Of a DNA stretch of 38,672 bases, positions 8,504 to 17,172 are shown piece after piece. This DNA is from Trichomonas gallinae (Eukaryota), in the NCBI GenBank assembly GCA_008369845.1, contig MRSU01004520.1:1-38672 (forward strand). Direction: 5' to 3'. Position numbers and translations under genes: made by a program. A model generated the notes under the pieces. That model did not search any database and had not been told where the DNA came from. It was given only the letters and a program-made list of their open reading frames with translations. The stretch's first letter is position 1. Each line of letters starts with the position of its first letter.

Positions 8504-9826
8504 ATGAATCCCCACCTCTATGAGGGAAAAGTCCTACGCATAGAAGATGCGGAGCAGGTAGTTCCCAAATTCAGCAAGTGGGAAGACAGAGGCAGATGCT
8601 GCTGTTTCAGAATCGCTTATTTCCCTGAGATTAAATCCTATTTCTTAAATCAATGGGAGTGCAACTGCAAGTTTCCACCAATAGTCCTCTTTCTGTTCCC
8701 GGCATCATTCATAGCCGGTATTTGGGCTATAACTGAGGTCGTTACCGGTGGATATCAAATTGCGCTATTTGTCGTTTTTAGTGTATTTTTCGTTCTTTGG
8801 TTCATCTCTTACATGCTTTGCATGTGCAGGTCACCGGGATATCTACCATTCTACTGGGCAGTCGAAAGACGAGAAGAATATACTTATGAAGAACAAATGG
8901 ACGGAGTTATAACAAACAACGATCAGTTCGGATTTGCCAAGTGCAATGACAGGCCTGAGCGAGGTTCACTCAGTAACCAGGCCCGCAGATACGTACTTCG
9001 CGCTGACCATGTCTGCAAGTGGGTTTCAAACTGGATTGGTCTCAAGAACTATAGATTCTTTTACCTCCAACTGTTTTGGACGTTCTGGACTTTCATGTGC
9101 TTCTTTTTGATTGTTGGCCTCGAGATTTGGAGAATGGTCCAAAATTTCAAAATATCAGTTCCTCGTATCATGATTTTCATTCTCATACTCCCTGACCTTG
9201 GATTCTTTTTGTTTTTCATGACAATTTTCCTTCGTCACACGAAATATCTTTTCCATAACGATACAACACTCGGAGAGTTTAAGAGAGCAGCTGCAAATTG
9301 CGAAGATAAGCATAACTACTACGATTTGGGCTGCTGCAGAAATATCGAAGAAACATGTGGGCCTTGTGCGTATTGTCCGATATATTTGTGTCCTGTTCCT
9401 ATCCCAAGAGTCAACGATGGCTTCCACTGGAGAACAAACAGAAAAGAAAATCCAAATGCCTTGCCAGAATATCCAAAGATAACAGAAGAGTACTGCAATG
9501 CTTGCCCTACAGAAGAAGAATTCAATCAAGGCAAGCCTTGTCCAACGTACGAGGAAGTCGCAGAAGGAATTTACCAACCAGAACCTGCAATTCCAGATCC
9601 TGAACAACCACCAGTCAAAGAGAAGAAGGAGAAGAAAGAAAAGAAGGACAAGAAGGATAAGAAAGATAAAAAGGATAAGAAGAAAGACAAGAAAGATAAA
9701 GAAAAGAAGAAGAAAGACAAGAAGGAGAAGAAAGATAAGAAGCAAAAGAAGGACGATCAAGAAGAACCAGATGATATCGAAACCGCTGATGTTGAAGCTG
9801 ATTCCGGTTCGGGAATCAACATTTAA
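8504..9826 (+). CDS. DHHC-family palmitoyltransferase-like protein (DHVC variant) with a Lys/Glu/Asp-rich tail
   Basis: Two TMs, SPG, RPER, ADHVCKWVSNWIGLKNYRFF (the DHHC-CRD core), two more TMs, NDTTLGE (TTxE-like) and YDLG..NI (PaCCT-like). Confidence 0.9.
   Translation: MNPHLYEGKVLRIEDAEQVVPKFSKWEDRGRCCCFRIAYFPEIKSYFLNQWECNCKFPPIVLFLFPASFIAGIWAITEVVTGGYQIALFVVFSVFFVLWFISYMLCMCRSPGYLPFYWAVERREEYTYEEQMDGVITNNDQFGFAKCNDRPERGSLSNQARRYVLRADHVCKWVSNWIGLKNYRFFYLQLFWTFWTFMCFFLIVGLEIWRMVQNFKISVPRIMIFILILPDLGFFLFFMTIFLRHTKYLFHNDTTLGEFKRAAANCEDKHNYYDLGCCRNIEETCGPCAYCPIYLCPVPIPRVNDGFHWRTNRKENPNALPEYPKITEEYCNACPTEEEFNQGKPCPTYEEVAEGIYQPEPAIPDPEQPPVKEKKEKKEKKDKKDKKDKKDKKKDKKDKEKKKKDKKEKKDKKQKKDDQEEPDDIETADVEADSGSGINI
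9618..9751 (+). repeat. Purine-rich low-complexity coding repeat (KEKK/KDKK)n
   Basis: AAG/AAA/GAG/GAC/GAT codon run encoding KEKKEKKEKKDKKDKKDKKDKKKDKKDKEKKKKDKKEKKDKKQKK. Confidence 0.9.
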
Positions 9827-10165
9827 TTTTATTCAGTTTAATCTATATTGTATTATTTGTTTTCGTTGTACTATTTAATAATAATAAAGTAATATACTAT
9901 ACTTTTATATATTTTGGAGATCAATTTAAAGAATTTAAGTATGATTGATTTGATAAAACAAGTAAAAGAATAAATTCATTCATCATCTTTCATATGCTAG
10001 TTCCTGGCATATTATAATTTGATTTCTACAGGAAATAACATAAAAATTAAATTAATATTATATTTCTCGGGACATAAATGAAGAAATATACGTACTACCT
10101 TAATACAAATCCTTAGTAGCTGCATTAGATTGATTTGTGACGTCCGAGAAATTATAATATTTTTT

Positions 10166-10504
10166 TTAATCTTCATATTCAGAATACAGTATTTGTACTG
10201 GTATATCTGGGCCTTCAACAGAAATTGTTGCATTATCTTTTGGACTAAGAATAATATTTGCTGATTGTTCAAAATCTTTGCCTATTATGAACGATGATAT
10301 AGGAGTTTTAGTATCCAGTTGTTTACCAGACTTAGAAACAGTGTTAATTGTCACGTAAATAATTAATCTTTCTCCTTCGTATTCTGGACGGTCATCGATC
10401 AGACTAAACTGCTCTATCTTGATGTAGTTCTTTATCGCCAAACGAAAAGGATTGTCAATCGTCAATCGATATGTTTTTTGCGAAAAGAATAAATCTTCGA
10501 TCAT
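10166..10504 (-). CDS. Small nucleoplasmin-like (NPL) domain protein
   Basis: Beta-strand pattern IKIEQFSL...ERLIIYV...KTPISSF..GK.EQSANIIL...D..TISVEG..PVQI resembles the NPL domain of FKBP39/HD-tuin type proteins. Confidence 0.55.
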   Translation of the reverse strand: MIEDLFFSQKTYRLTIDNPFRLAIKNYIKIEQFSLIDDRPEYEGERLIIYVTINTVSKSGKQLDTKTPISSFIIGKDFEQSANIILSPKDNATISVEGPDIPVQILYSEYED

Positions 10505-10684
10505 TATAACCCCTCAACTACAATTTTTACCCCTCAAATAACAATGTAAATATCACAAAATAATTGACATATAAATTTTTACACGACAAAATTCACAAAT
10601 TTCAATTTTGTTGTTAAATTAGGGTATTTGATACTATAGATATTCCAAATTTTAAATTATTTTAATTTGTTAAAAATTATTAAA

Positions 10685-10692
10685 AACGGTTT
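10685..10692 (+). promoter_or_regulatory. Myb-type core promoter element (trichomonad M3-like) upstream of the roadblock gene
   Basis: AACGGTTT ends 26 nt before the ATG at 10719 and is immediately followed by TCAAT. It fits the DRCSGYTD consensus recalled for T. vaginalis. Confidence 0.5.
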
Positions 10693-10718
10693 TCAATATA
10701 ACGTATAAAGAAAAAAAC

Positions 10719-11018
10719 ATGAGCAGTGAAATCGATGGCATCTTGAAGAATCTAAGCACGATTCCAGGCATCATCGGTTGGATAGTTCTCAAAATGAACG
10801 GCCTCCCATACAAAACATCTCTCAGAGAAGCAGAATCTGTACACTATGCAGGATTAGTCGGCGAATTTGTTAAAAAAGCTAAGGCTTCTCTCGAAAATAG
10901 CTTACTTCCGGGTAGCATTAGTCAAATAAGAATCAGATCACATAAAAACGAAATTATAATCGTCCCAGATAATGATTTCATCCTTGTTGCTGTTCAGGAT
11001 GCTGCTGTACTTGCTTAA
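10719..11018 (+). CDS. DYNLRB: Dynein light chain roadblock/LC7
   Basis: 99 aa: EIDGILKNL...GIIG.IV...G.P.KT......HYAGLV...IRIRSHKNEIIIVPDNDFILVAVQ, a canonical roadblock signature. Confidence 0.93.
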   Translation: MSSEIDGILKNLSTIPGIIGWIVLKMNGLPYKTSLREAESVHYAGLVGEFVKKAKASLENSLLPGSISQIRIRSHKNEIIIVPDNDFILVAVQDAAVLA

Positions 11019-11597
11019 TGATTTTAATAAATATCAGAAATTATTTGCTACTTGAAATTTTTGAGGGCGAAAGGCTCGTACTTATTTTAACTCTGCTCTA
11101 TTTTCGCAGAATGAAATATTAAGAAATAACACACAAATTATACCATTAATTCCTCTTTATCCTACTATAATCAGTCAGATATTAACGTATTTTATATTAT
11201 TTTTCATTTCTTTCTGAAATTAGACAGGAAAACATTACAAATTATAATAATGTGTGAAAAATTTAGATCCTTTTCAAGTGTGAGTTGATGTTTTAATCAA
11301 TTTAATTATTGATTTGATTTGATCATGATATAAGATAAAAATAAATTACCAATAGTTTATTTATGAGTGATATTTTCCAATGTGATCCAGTACAAGCTGA
11401 TTTTTTATAAATATTTATATTTTGATAAATATATTAATCGATGTCGAAGTTTTACATACCTTAATACGAAAAAAGACATCATGTATGTTTTAATTCTGAT
11501 ATTATTTAAGCTCTAATTAAAGTAATAAATTGTCTGAAAAATGTAAGGCCCCTAAATTATTATATCAGCCCCTTTCTTTAATTTATTTATTCCATTT

Positions 11598-12347
11598 ATG
11601 TTTGATACTAAACCAGTAGTAAACTTTCTCTACAAGCAAATTAAAGAACGTGAAACAATCATCACTCATATCCAGTCTGTCGCTCTTTGGCAGAGACCTA
11701 TAATTTCTGCTGTTACACTTCTTATCATTGAAATTTTATTTGCTATTGTCTATTTCATCAAAATTCGCCAAATTACATTAGTTGCATCAACAGTTGCAAT
11801 CATTGCCATCATCAACGTCGCGCAACAAGCTTTCCCTGAATTATTCAATAAAATCTTCTCGTTCAAAATACCAGAACAAAATGAAAACGCATCCAACAGA
11901 ATCCGCTCTCCATCAGAACTCGCCGCATACTTCACAACAATTCTTTCTTTCTTCTTCGATTTCACTGACTTTGTCTTCCCAACCCCAGAAACAACAAATA
12001 TCATCCGCCTCTCTATCAGTGGCTTCTGCATGCTTGTTCTTATTGTCGCATTTTACACACTTGGTGACTTTTGGATTAATTATCTTCTTATTCATCTTTT
12101 ATTCATTCTTCCAGGAGCCTTCTTGCATCCACGTGTTTACACAATCCTCTTCGGCAACGAAGAAGCTGATGAGGCTGTAAATGCTCAAATCCCACCTTCT
12201 ATTAAGCTTCCACCAAGCGGCTATCAGACACCACCATCAACATTCGATCCTGACATGACTAATGATCCAACTCTCACAGATGTTCCCGCTCCATCTTATA
12301 CTGAAACAGAAGTCGAAGAAAACAAAGACGAAGGAAAGGTTGAATAA
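11598..12347 (+). CDS. Reticulon-homology (ARL6IP1/RETREG-like) ER-shaping membrane protein
   Basis: LWQRP motif before the first long hydrophobic hairpin, a second hairpin (aa ~135-176), and an acidic Pro/Thr-rich disordered tail. CCCCTTT (M5-like) lies upstream. Confidence 0.6.
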   Translation: MFDTKPVVNFLYKQIKERETIITHIQSVALWQRPIISAVTLLIIEILFAIVYFIKIRQITLVASTVAIIAIINVAQQAFPELFNKIFSFKIPEQNENASNRIRSPSELAAYFTTILSFFFDFTDFVFPTPETTNIIRLSISGFCMLVLIVAFYTLGDFWINYLLIHLLFILPGAFLHPRVYTILFGNEEADEAVNAQIPPSIKLPPSGYQTPPSTFDPDMTNDPTLTDVPAPSYTETEVEENKDEGKVE

Positions 12348-12753
12348 TATAATTGCATTTTATTATTATATTTTCCTAAAAATCTATGAATCTGTTTAAA
12401 TTTTAATTTTTGATTCTCAATTCATCTATCAAAAGCATTAAACAATACTCAAAAATACTTAAATTTGAAATTACACATATCAAAAATCATTAATAAATCT
12501 TTGATATATTTTTGAATTTTAAAAATCAATCAAATTCTCTATTAAGTAGTACAAAATTGATATACTAAATATAAGGAAATATATCATTATTAAAGGCACG
12601 AAAATGAATTTATTGCATAATGATTTCAAAAAATTATCAATATATACGATAAAGTATTATAAAATTGATTTTCCTATGTTGATGTGATTGAAAAAACGAT
12701 TAGATGCATAAACAAAATTAATTTTAATTTTCAAAAATTTGGATTGTAAGAAT

Positions 12754-14076
12754 TTATACTCTGATGATGTGTCTGAAGCCTCCATTCTTTCTAGAATGCT
12801 GATCTGTATATCCAAGATACTCAAGTTCACTAACAGCAACTTGGAATCTCGACAAAGCGACAGCCTTGTCTTCAATATTTGCCTTAGCCTGAAATGCACG
12901 CATCCATTCAGATGCAGAAACAGACTTTTCATATTCCTGCAAGATTTGATATGCAATTGCTGTATCAGATGTGTTTTCTGGATCAGCGAGTGACTCATTT
13001 AATGACTTTCTAGGGTTGAATGTTGCAGCATTCACAACAGGCATATAATTTGGTGTTGATGGATCTAAATCAATAAATAATTTCTGCATGAAAGCAGCAT
13101 ATCTTGATACGTTTTCTGTTTCATTGGATGATGCGCTCATAAGTTGTTTCATTCTAGCTGATTTCGTCTTTGGTGGCTGTATTGATGTAGTTTCTGGCTT
13201 CTTTGGTAATTCTGGGAGCTCTTTGATTATCTGGCCGTAGTTCTTGAATGCATCTTGGATATAGTCTTCATTTTTGGTGGCAAGAACTCTTTTGAGGGAC
13301 TCGAAAAGCTCAGATGAGCAAATATGAGAATAATTTGTTGCATCTTTAAGTAAAAATGGATTAAGCTCTTCAGTAATCAAAATTTGTGATGAAATCTGTA
13401 AAGCATCTTCTCTCAGCTTAATGAGTAGAGTCGTTGGAACGTCGTTATCGTCCAAAATATTTGGAACTTGTGAAAAATCGTCGAAATCGATGATTTGTGC
13501 AAGTTCTTCTTCATCTTTCATCACGATGTACTCGAAGATTGACTGGCGTATGATTGTGAACAAAAATGTGAATGATGGATAACGATCACTGATAATTGAT
13601 TTTAAGATTCCGATAATTTTGGGATCCGGAGAAATACCGCGGTGGAATAAGAAGCAGAGAATTTGGCTAATAAAAATATCAAACAAAATTGAATATTCGA
13701 AACATTTCTCGAAAACAGTTACGCGCGGGATATCTGACGGCGGCGGCGTGCAGTGGAACAGAATTATTCTGTTGCTTTGTATGTGATGTATCTGGTGGTC
13801 GATGAATTCGACATCTTTGATTTTCTTCAAAGCTTCGATGAAAGGCATTGCATCAGAGAGATCTTGGGGAGGCATAATATGGGCAATTACAGGGAATGGT
13901 GACTGATCTTGCTCAGCAAAGAACCTTTGGACTCTCTGAACTAATCTTTCAACATCAGTCTTGAAGAAATTGGCTTGTAGTTCGTTTAAATCTTTCATTA
14001 TCGCATCATATCGTTTACTGTATGCGTCATTTGGCTGCCTGTCGGCATTTTCGCTAAGCAAGCGAACGTGCGACAT
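12754..14076 (-). CDS. ORC3: Origin recognition complex subunit 3 (short form)
   Basis: C-terminal NPRKSLNESLADP...DTAIAYQILQE....S.SEWMRAF...SRFQVAVSELEYLGY....RK matches the ORC3 winged-helix signature (PR.AL..AL..P; D...AY.L..E....N..DW..AF; RF..AV.EL..LG). Confidence 0.8.
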   Translation of the reverse strand: MSHVRLLSENADRQPNDAYSKRYDAIMKDLNELQANFFKTDVERLVQRVQRFFAEQDQSPFPVIAHIMPPQDLSDAMPFIEALKKIKDVEFIDHQIHHIQSNRIILFHCTPPPSDIPRVTVFEKCFEYSILFDIFISQILCFLFHRGISPDPKIIGILKSIISDRYPSFTFLFTIIRQSIFEYIVMKDEEELAQIIDFDDFSQVPNILDDNDVPTTLLIKLREDALQISSQILITEELNPFLLKDATNYSHICSSELFESLKRVLATKNEDYIQDAFKNYGQIIKELPELPKKPETTSIQPPKTKSARMKQLMSASSNETENVSRYAAFMQKLFIDLDPSTPNYMPVVNAATFNPRKSLNESLADPENTSDTAIAYQILQEYEKSVSASEWMRAFQAKANIEDKAVALSRFQVAVSELEYLGYTDQHSRKNGGFRHIIRV

Positions 14077-14260
14077 TTCTAATTGTCACTTTTGTTTAAC
14101 GGGCGCAAAAGCAATATTATATTTGATGAATTTCTTATTATTTTCACGATATATATATCATGCATCAGTGCGGAAATCAATGGATGACACCAAATCAGAT
14201 TTATATATTAATCAGAATGGATTAGAAGACATTCATCATTGCTGAAAAACAAAATGTTCC

Positions 14261-14629
14261 TTTACTCGACAAATATTAATATTATTTTTGACACATAAAG
14301 AAATAACCCCATCTTAATTCCGTCAACCCCTTCAAAAATTATAAACAGAGGTGGGAAAAATATAACATTCCCCAACGCGAAAATTATATTGGTATGGGAA
14401 TCGAAACTCTTATACCCCTACTGAGTGAACCATAGATAGAAAGTTCTCGGAATAAAGGGCAGACAACACTCTTTTATATTATAATGTTAGCCACTGTTGT
14501 CTGCCCTTTTTTTTCTGGTGACCCTCAATTTTTTTCTCAAAATAATTTTACTCGACAAATATAGCGCTATTTTTGACACGTAAAGTATTCATTAATAAAA
14601 ATCCCCATTTTAATTTTGTCAGCCCCTTT
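14261..14629. repeat. Direct repeat, two ~75-83 bp copies (14261-14333, 14547-14629); the second copy is the TPT gene core promoter
   Basis: TTTACTCGACAAATAT...TATTTTTGACAC(A/G)TAAAG...CCCCAT(C/T)TTAATT..GTCA(A/G)CCCCTT is present in both copies. Confidence 0.9.
14454..14509. repeat. Perfect 15-bp inverted repeat with a 26-nt spacer, running into T8
   Basis: AAAGGGCAGACAACA (14454-14468) and TGTTGTCTGCCCTTT (14495-14509); T run at 14507-14514. Confidence 0.95.
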
Positions 14630-14638
14630 AACCTTTAA

Positions 14639-15634
14639 ATGCAAATATGCAAAATTATTATACATGTTGCATTGGTTTGCATACACTTCACAGTAGCATC
14701 AATATTGCCTCTTTATAACAAGGAGATGTTCATACACTATCCATTTCCGTTATATGCTACTTTCGTTCAAATGGCTCTATCGATTATTCCTTCTTTTTTC
14801 ATGGCACTTATATCAAATCACTGCGATTGGTCTATGAAATGGATTATACCGCCATTCGAGGCGATGCCAAGGCTAGTTCTCTCAGCATTTTTCTACGGAG
14901 CTTATATGCTGAGTGGCAACTACGGATTTTACGTCTCTGATCTTGATTTCGCTGTACTGTTTAGATTGTCAGTAATAGTTTCAAGTAGTTTGTGCGGATT
15001 GATATTTTTAGGAGAAAGGTTGTCAATTTGGAGTACATTATGCATAATTTTAGTAATTGCTGGACTAATCTGCCTTACGTCCAACTTTCAATGGTCAACA
15101 GCTAAAATGCCATCGACATTTCAATTATTTGTTCAGTTTGCTGCGATATTTTCATCTTCATTTACATCTGTCATGCTGAAACTTACTATGCAGACTATGG
15201 AAGATCTAGGCGTGCATCCAGATCAGATGACTTTGCTGTTTTGGCGCTACGTTTTAGGTTGTTTTCCAGTTCTCATTTCAGCGATAATTGTAGAACCAAA
15301 CGTTGTGAGCAACTATCAATACGTGACAGACCTGCCATTCTTGTACTGGACAATGCTTGGAATTCTGTTATCTGGTATATATCAAATTGTAAATAACGTA
15401 TTACATAAGATAACTGCCTTAGTTACGTTGACTATTGTTGCTCAAATGAAGTTTTTGCCCACACTTATCATCTCGCACTTCATATATAACGAGACTCAGT
15501 GGACAAAACAACAAATTATTGGTGCTTCTTTGCTGATTGTTGGTGGAATAGTTTACTCATGCACAAGGATGGAATGTAAAAATGAAAAAACAGATTCAAT
15601 TGATCAGACTCTTAATTCTGATGATAATAATTAG
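14639..15634 (+). CDS. Triose-phosphate/nucleotide-sugar transporter family (TPT/SLC35, DMT superfamily)
   Basis: 331 aa with about 10 TMs; LYNKEMF..YPFPLYATFVQM, FLGERLS, TALVTLTIVAQMK and IIGASL.IVG..VYS are typical TPT motifs. Confidence 0.9.
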   Translation: MQICKIIIHVALVCIHFTVASILPLYNKEMFIHYPFPLYATFVQMALSIIPSFFMALISNHCDWSMKWIIPPFEAMPRLVLSAFFYGAYMLSGNYGFYVSDLDFAVLFRLSVIVSSSLCGLIFLGERLSIWSTLCIILVIAGLICLTSNFQWSTAKMPSTFQLFVQFAAIFSSSFTSVMLKLTMQTMEDLGVHPDQMTLLFWRYVLGCFPVLISAIIVEPNVVSNYQYVTDLPFLYWTMLGILLSGIYQIVNNVLHKITALVTLTIVAQMKFLPTLIISHFIYNETQWTKQQIIGASLLIVGGIVYSCTRMECKNEKTDSIDQTLNSDDNN

Positions 15635-15928
15635 AAAATGTTTTGTTTTTATTTATAAATCATTATATTGTTTGTTTCTTTATAATCAATACAATCTTTT
15701 TCCCTCTTTAAATAGCTCAATACACATCTTTCAATTCAAAAATATCTTTATTCATATGTTAAGATAATTCTGACTTCAAATATTCATTTTATATACATTC
15801 TTATCCCAGTATATATGATGTACTAATTTCTAATTTAATCATTTATGAAATGATAAAATTAAGAAAACTATATTTTGAAAGGCAGTTTAATATACATACA
15901 AAGTTTAAACGGTACAAACAATAATTAA

Positions 15929-16315
15929 TCACTTCATCATGCTGAGTTGCTTCTTTATTAAAACTTCTTCTTTCTGCTTAATGTGTTCATTGAGTTGTGG
16001 GATAAATGTTGGTGTAAGATTTCGTAATCTATCAATATTTCGTGATTCTTCTTGAAATGTTTTCAATACTGAATTATAAAGAGCATCTGTTGTCTTATCC
16101 TCGAACATTTTCTCGGAAACCGGTGCATGATTCTTAAATGCATTCATACACTCTTCTTTATCCCATGTTAAAGAAGGTTTTATTCCAGAAGCAATTAAAG
16201 ACTTTCTAAGCATTCTATAACTCGGCAAGCCATTTTGTGATCGTTTAATCCATCCATTTTCTTCAGTAGGATACCTAAGTTTAGTCAACTCTGCAAGAAT
16301 TTCATCCTCAGTCAT
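15929..16315 (-). CDS. Hypothetical 128-aa protein
   Basis: ATG-started ORF with protein-like composition, flanked by AT-rich non-coding DNA; no family recognised. Confidence 0.65.
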   Translation of the reverse strand: MTEDEILAELTKLRYPTEENGWIKRSQNGLPSYRMLRKSLIASGIKPSLTWDKEECMNAFKNHAPVSEKMFEDKTTDALYNSVLKTFQEESRNIDRLRNLTPTFIPQLNEHIKQKEEVLIKKQLSMMK

Positions 16316-16331
16316 ATTATGATTTAATTTT

Positions 16332-16455
16332 TGTCATGTAAAGAAAAAAGGGCAAATTTTGAGTTATTTTTGCCATGTAAAACACCGACAAATTTTGAAA
16401 AATTTGCTATGTAAATAAAAAGGTCAATTTTTTTTGAATAAATTTGTCATGTAAA
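16332..16455. promoter_or_regulatory. Four same-orientation copies of TG(T/C)(C/T)ATGTAAA in a ~160-bp bidirectional promoter
   Basis: Copies at 16332, 16371, 16405 and 16445 (spacing 39, 34 and 40 bp), each preceded by TT. Confidence 0.7.
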
Positions 16456-16478
16456 GAATGAACGTTTATTAATTCTTG

Positions 16479-16706
16479 ATGAGTTTTCTTTCTGACTCTA
16501 CTGATGAATGGGAAGGAAACAAACCAGATGTCAAAGAAGTATCAGAATCCACAAGACGTAAATTCAACGAAAAATATGATTTAACTGTTAATGAAAACAA
16601 ATTATTAAATGCTAAACTTGATGAGCTAATAAAGCAAGGAACAGAAGCGAAATCAGAGCACAAATACTTACACAAACAACTGAAAGAACTAACTGAACAG
16701 TATTAA
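16479..16706 (+). CDS. Hypothetical 75-aa coiled-coil protein
   Basis: ATG at 16479 (the ORF track starts at TTG 16476); heptad pattern L..ENKLL.AKLDEL....EAKSE...L..QL.EL. Confidence 0.55.
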   Translation: MSFLSDSTDEWEGNKPDVKEVSESTRRKFNEKYDLTVNENKLLNAKLDELIKQGTEAKSEHKYLHKQLKELTEQY

Positions 16707-16752
16707 TTCAACTAGAAATATTCAAGCAGTCCGATACTTAGAGTTGCAAATA

Positions 16753-17050
16753 ATGAAAAAATTAAAATCAAATATCTATATATCCATTGCTCAAGCTATA
16801 ACCATGAATCACCACATTATTCATCAATCATTTCTAATTAATCCTCAAGTCAAAATGATAGGATACAACCTTTTTTTTTTGCTGACAACGTAGCTCAAGA
16901 GCTTGGTGGAGCAGTTTCTCTATCACTTGCCATTGAGTTTTATTTTGAAAATTCGTTATTCACAGGAAATGTTTGTGGTTATAATGGCGGAGGAATTTTC
17001 TCAACGAATGTAGACAATCTTTGCCTTTAAACTGTAAATTTACCAATAAC
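16753..17050 (+). pseudogene. Remnant of a Pmp-like (FxxN/GGA[ILV]) beta-helix surface protein gene
   Basis: 16878-17030 reads FADNVAQELGGAVSLSLAIEFYFENSLFTGNVCGYNGGGIFSTNVDNLCL*, then CKFTNN continues in another frame. An upstream ATG ORF from 16753 is out of frame across the T10 run at 16871-16880. Confidence 0.7.
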
Positions 17051-17172
17051 ATTATTGACGCGACGAATACTATAGCAATGCTTGCATAATTAAAACCGAA
17101 AAATCTCAGAGATATTTTTTATTTTTTGTAGTTTTATCATTCGGTTTTAAAATTTGCTAGGCTCACATCAAC

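Noticed and set aside
9155..9760. 201-aa hydrophobic antisense ORF
   Set aside because: Antisense shadow of the AAG/GAG-rich tail of the DHHC gene.
14098..14110. AACGGGCGCAAAA upstream of ORC3 as an E2F or MSA cell-cycle element
   Set aside because: Imperfect match to TTTSSCGC and a single occurrence; cannot be supported from sequence alone.
14389..14435. tRNA-like boxes on the minus strand (TCACTCAGTAGG and TTCGATTCCC...ACCA)
   Set aside because: The boxes are only about 10 nt apart and no cloverleaf can be formed; not a tRNA.
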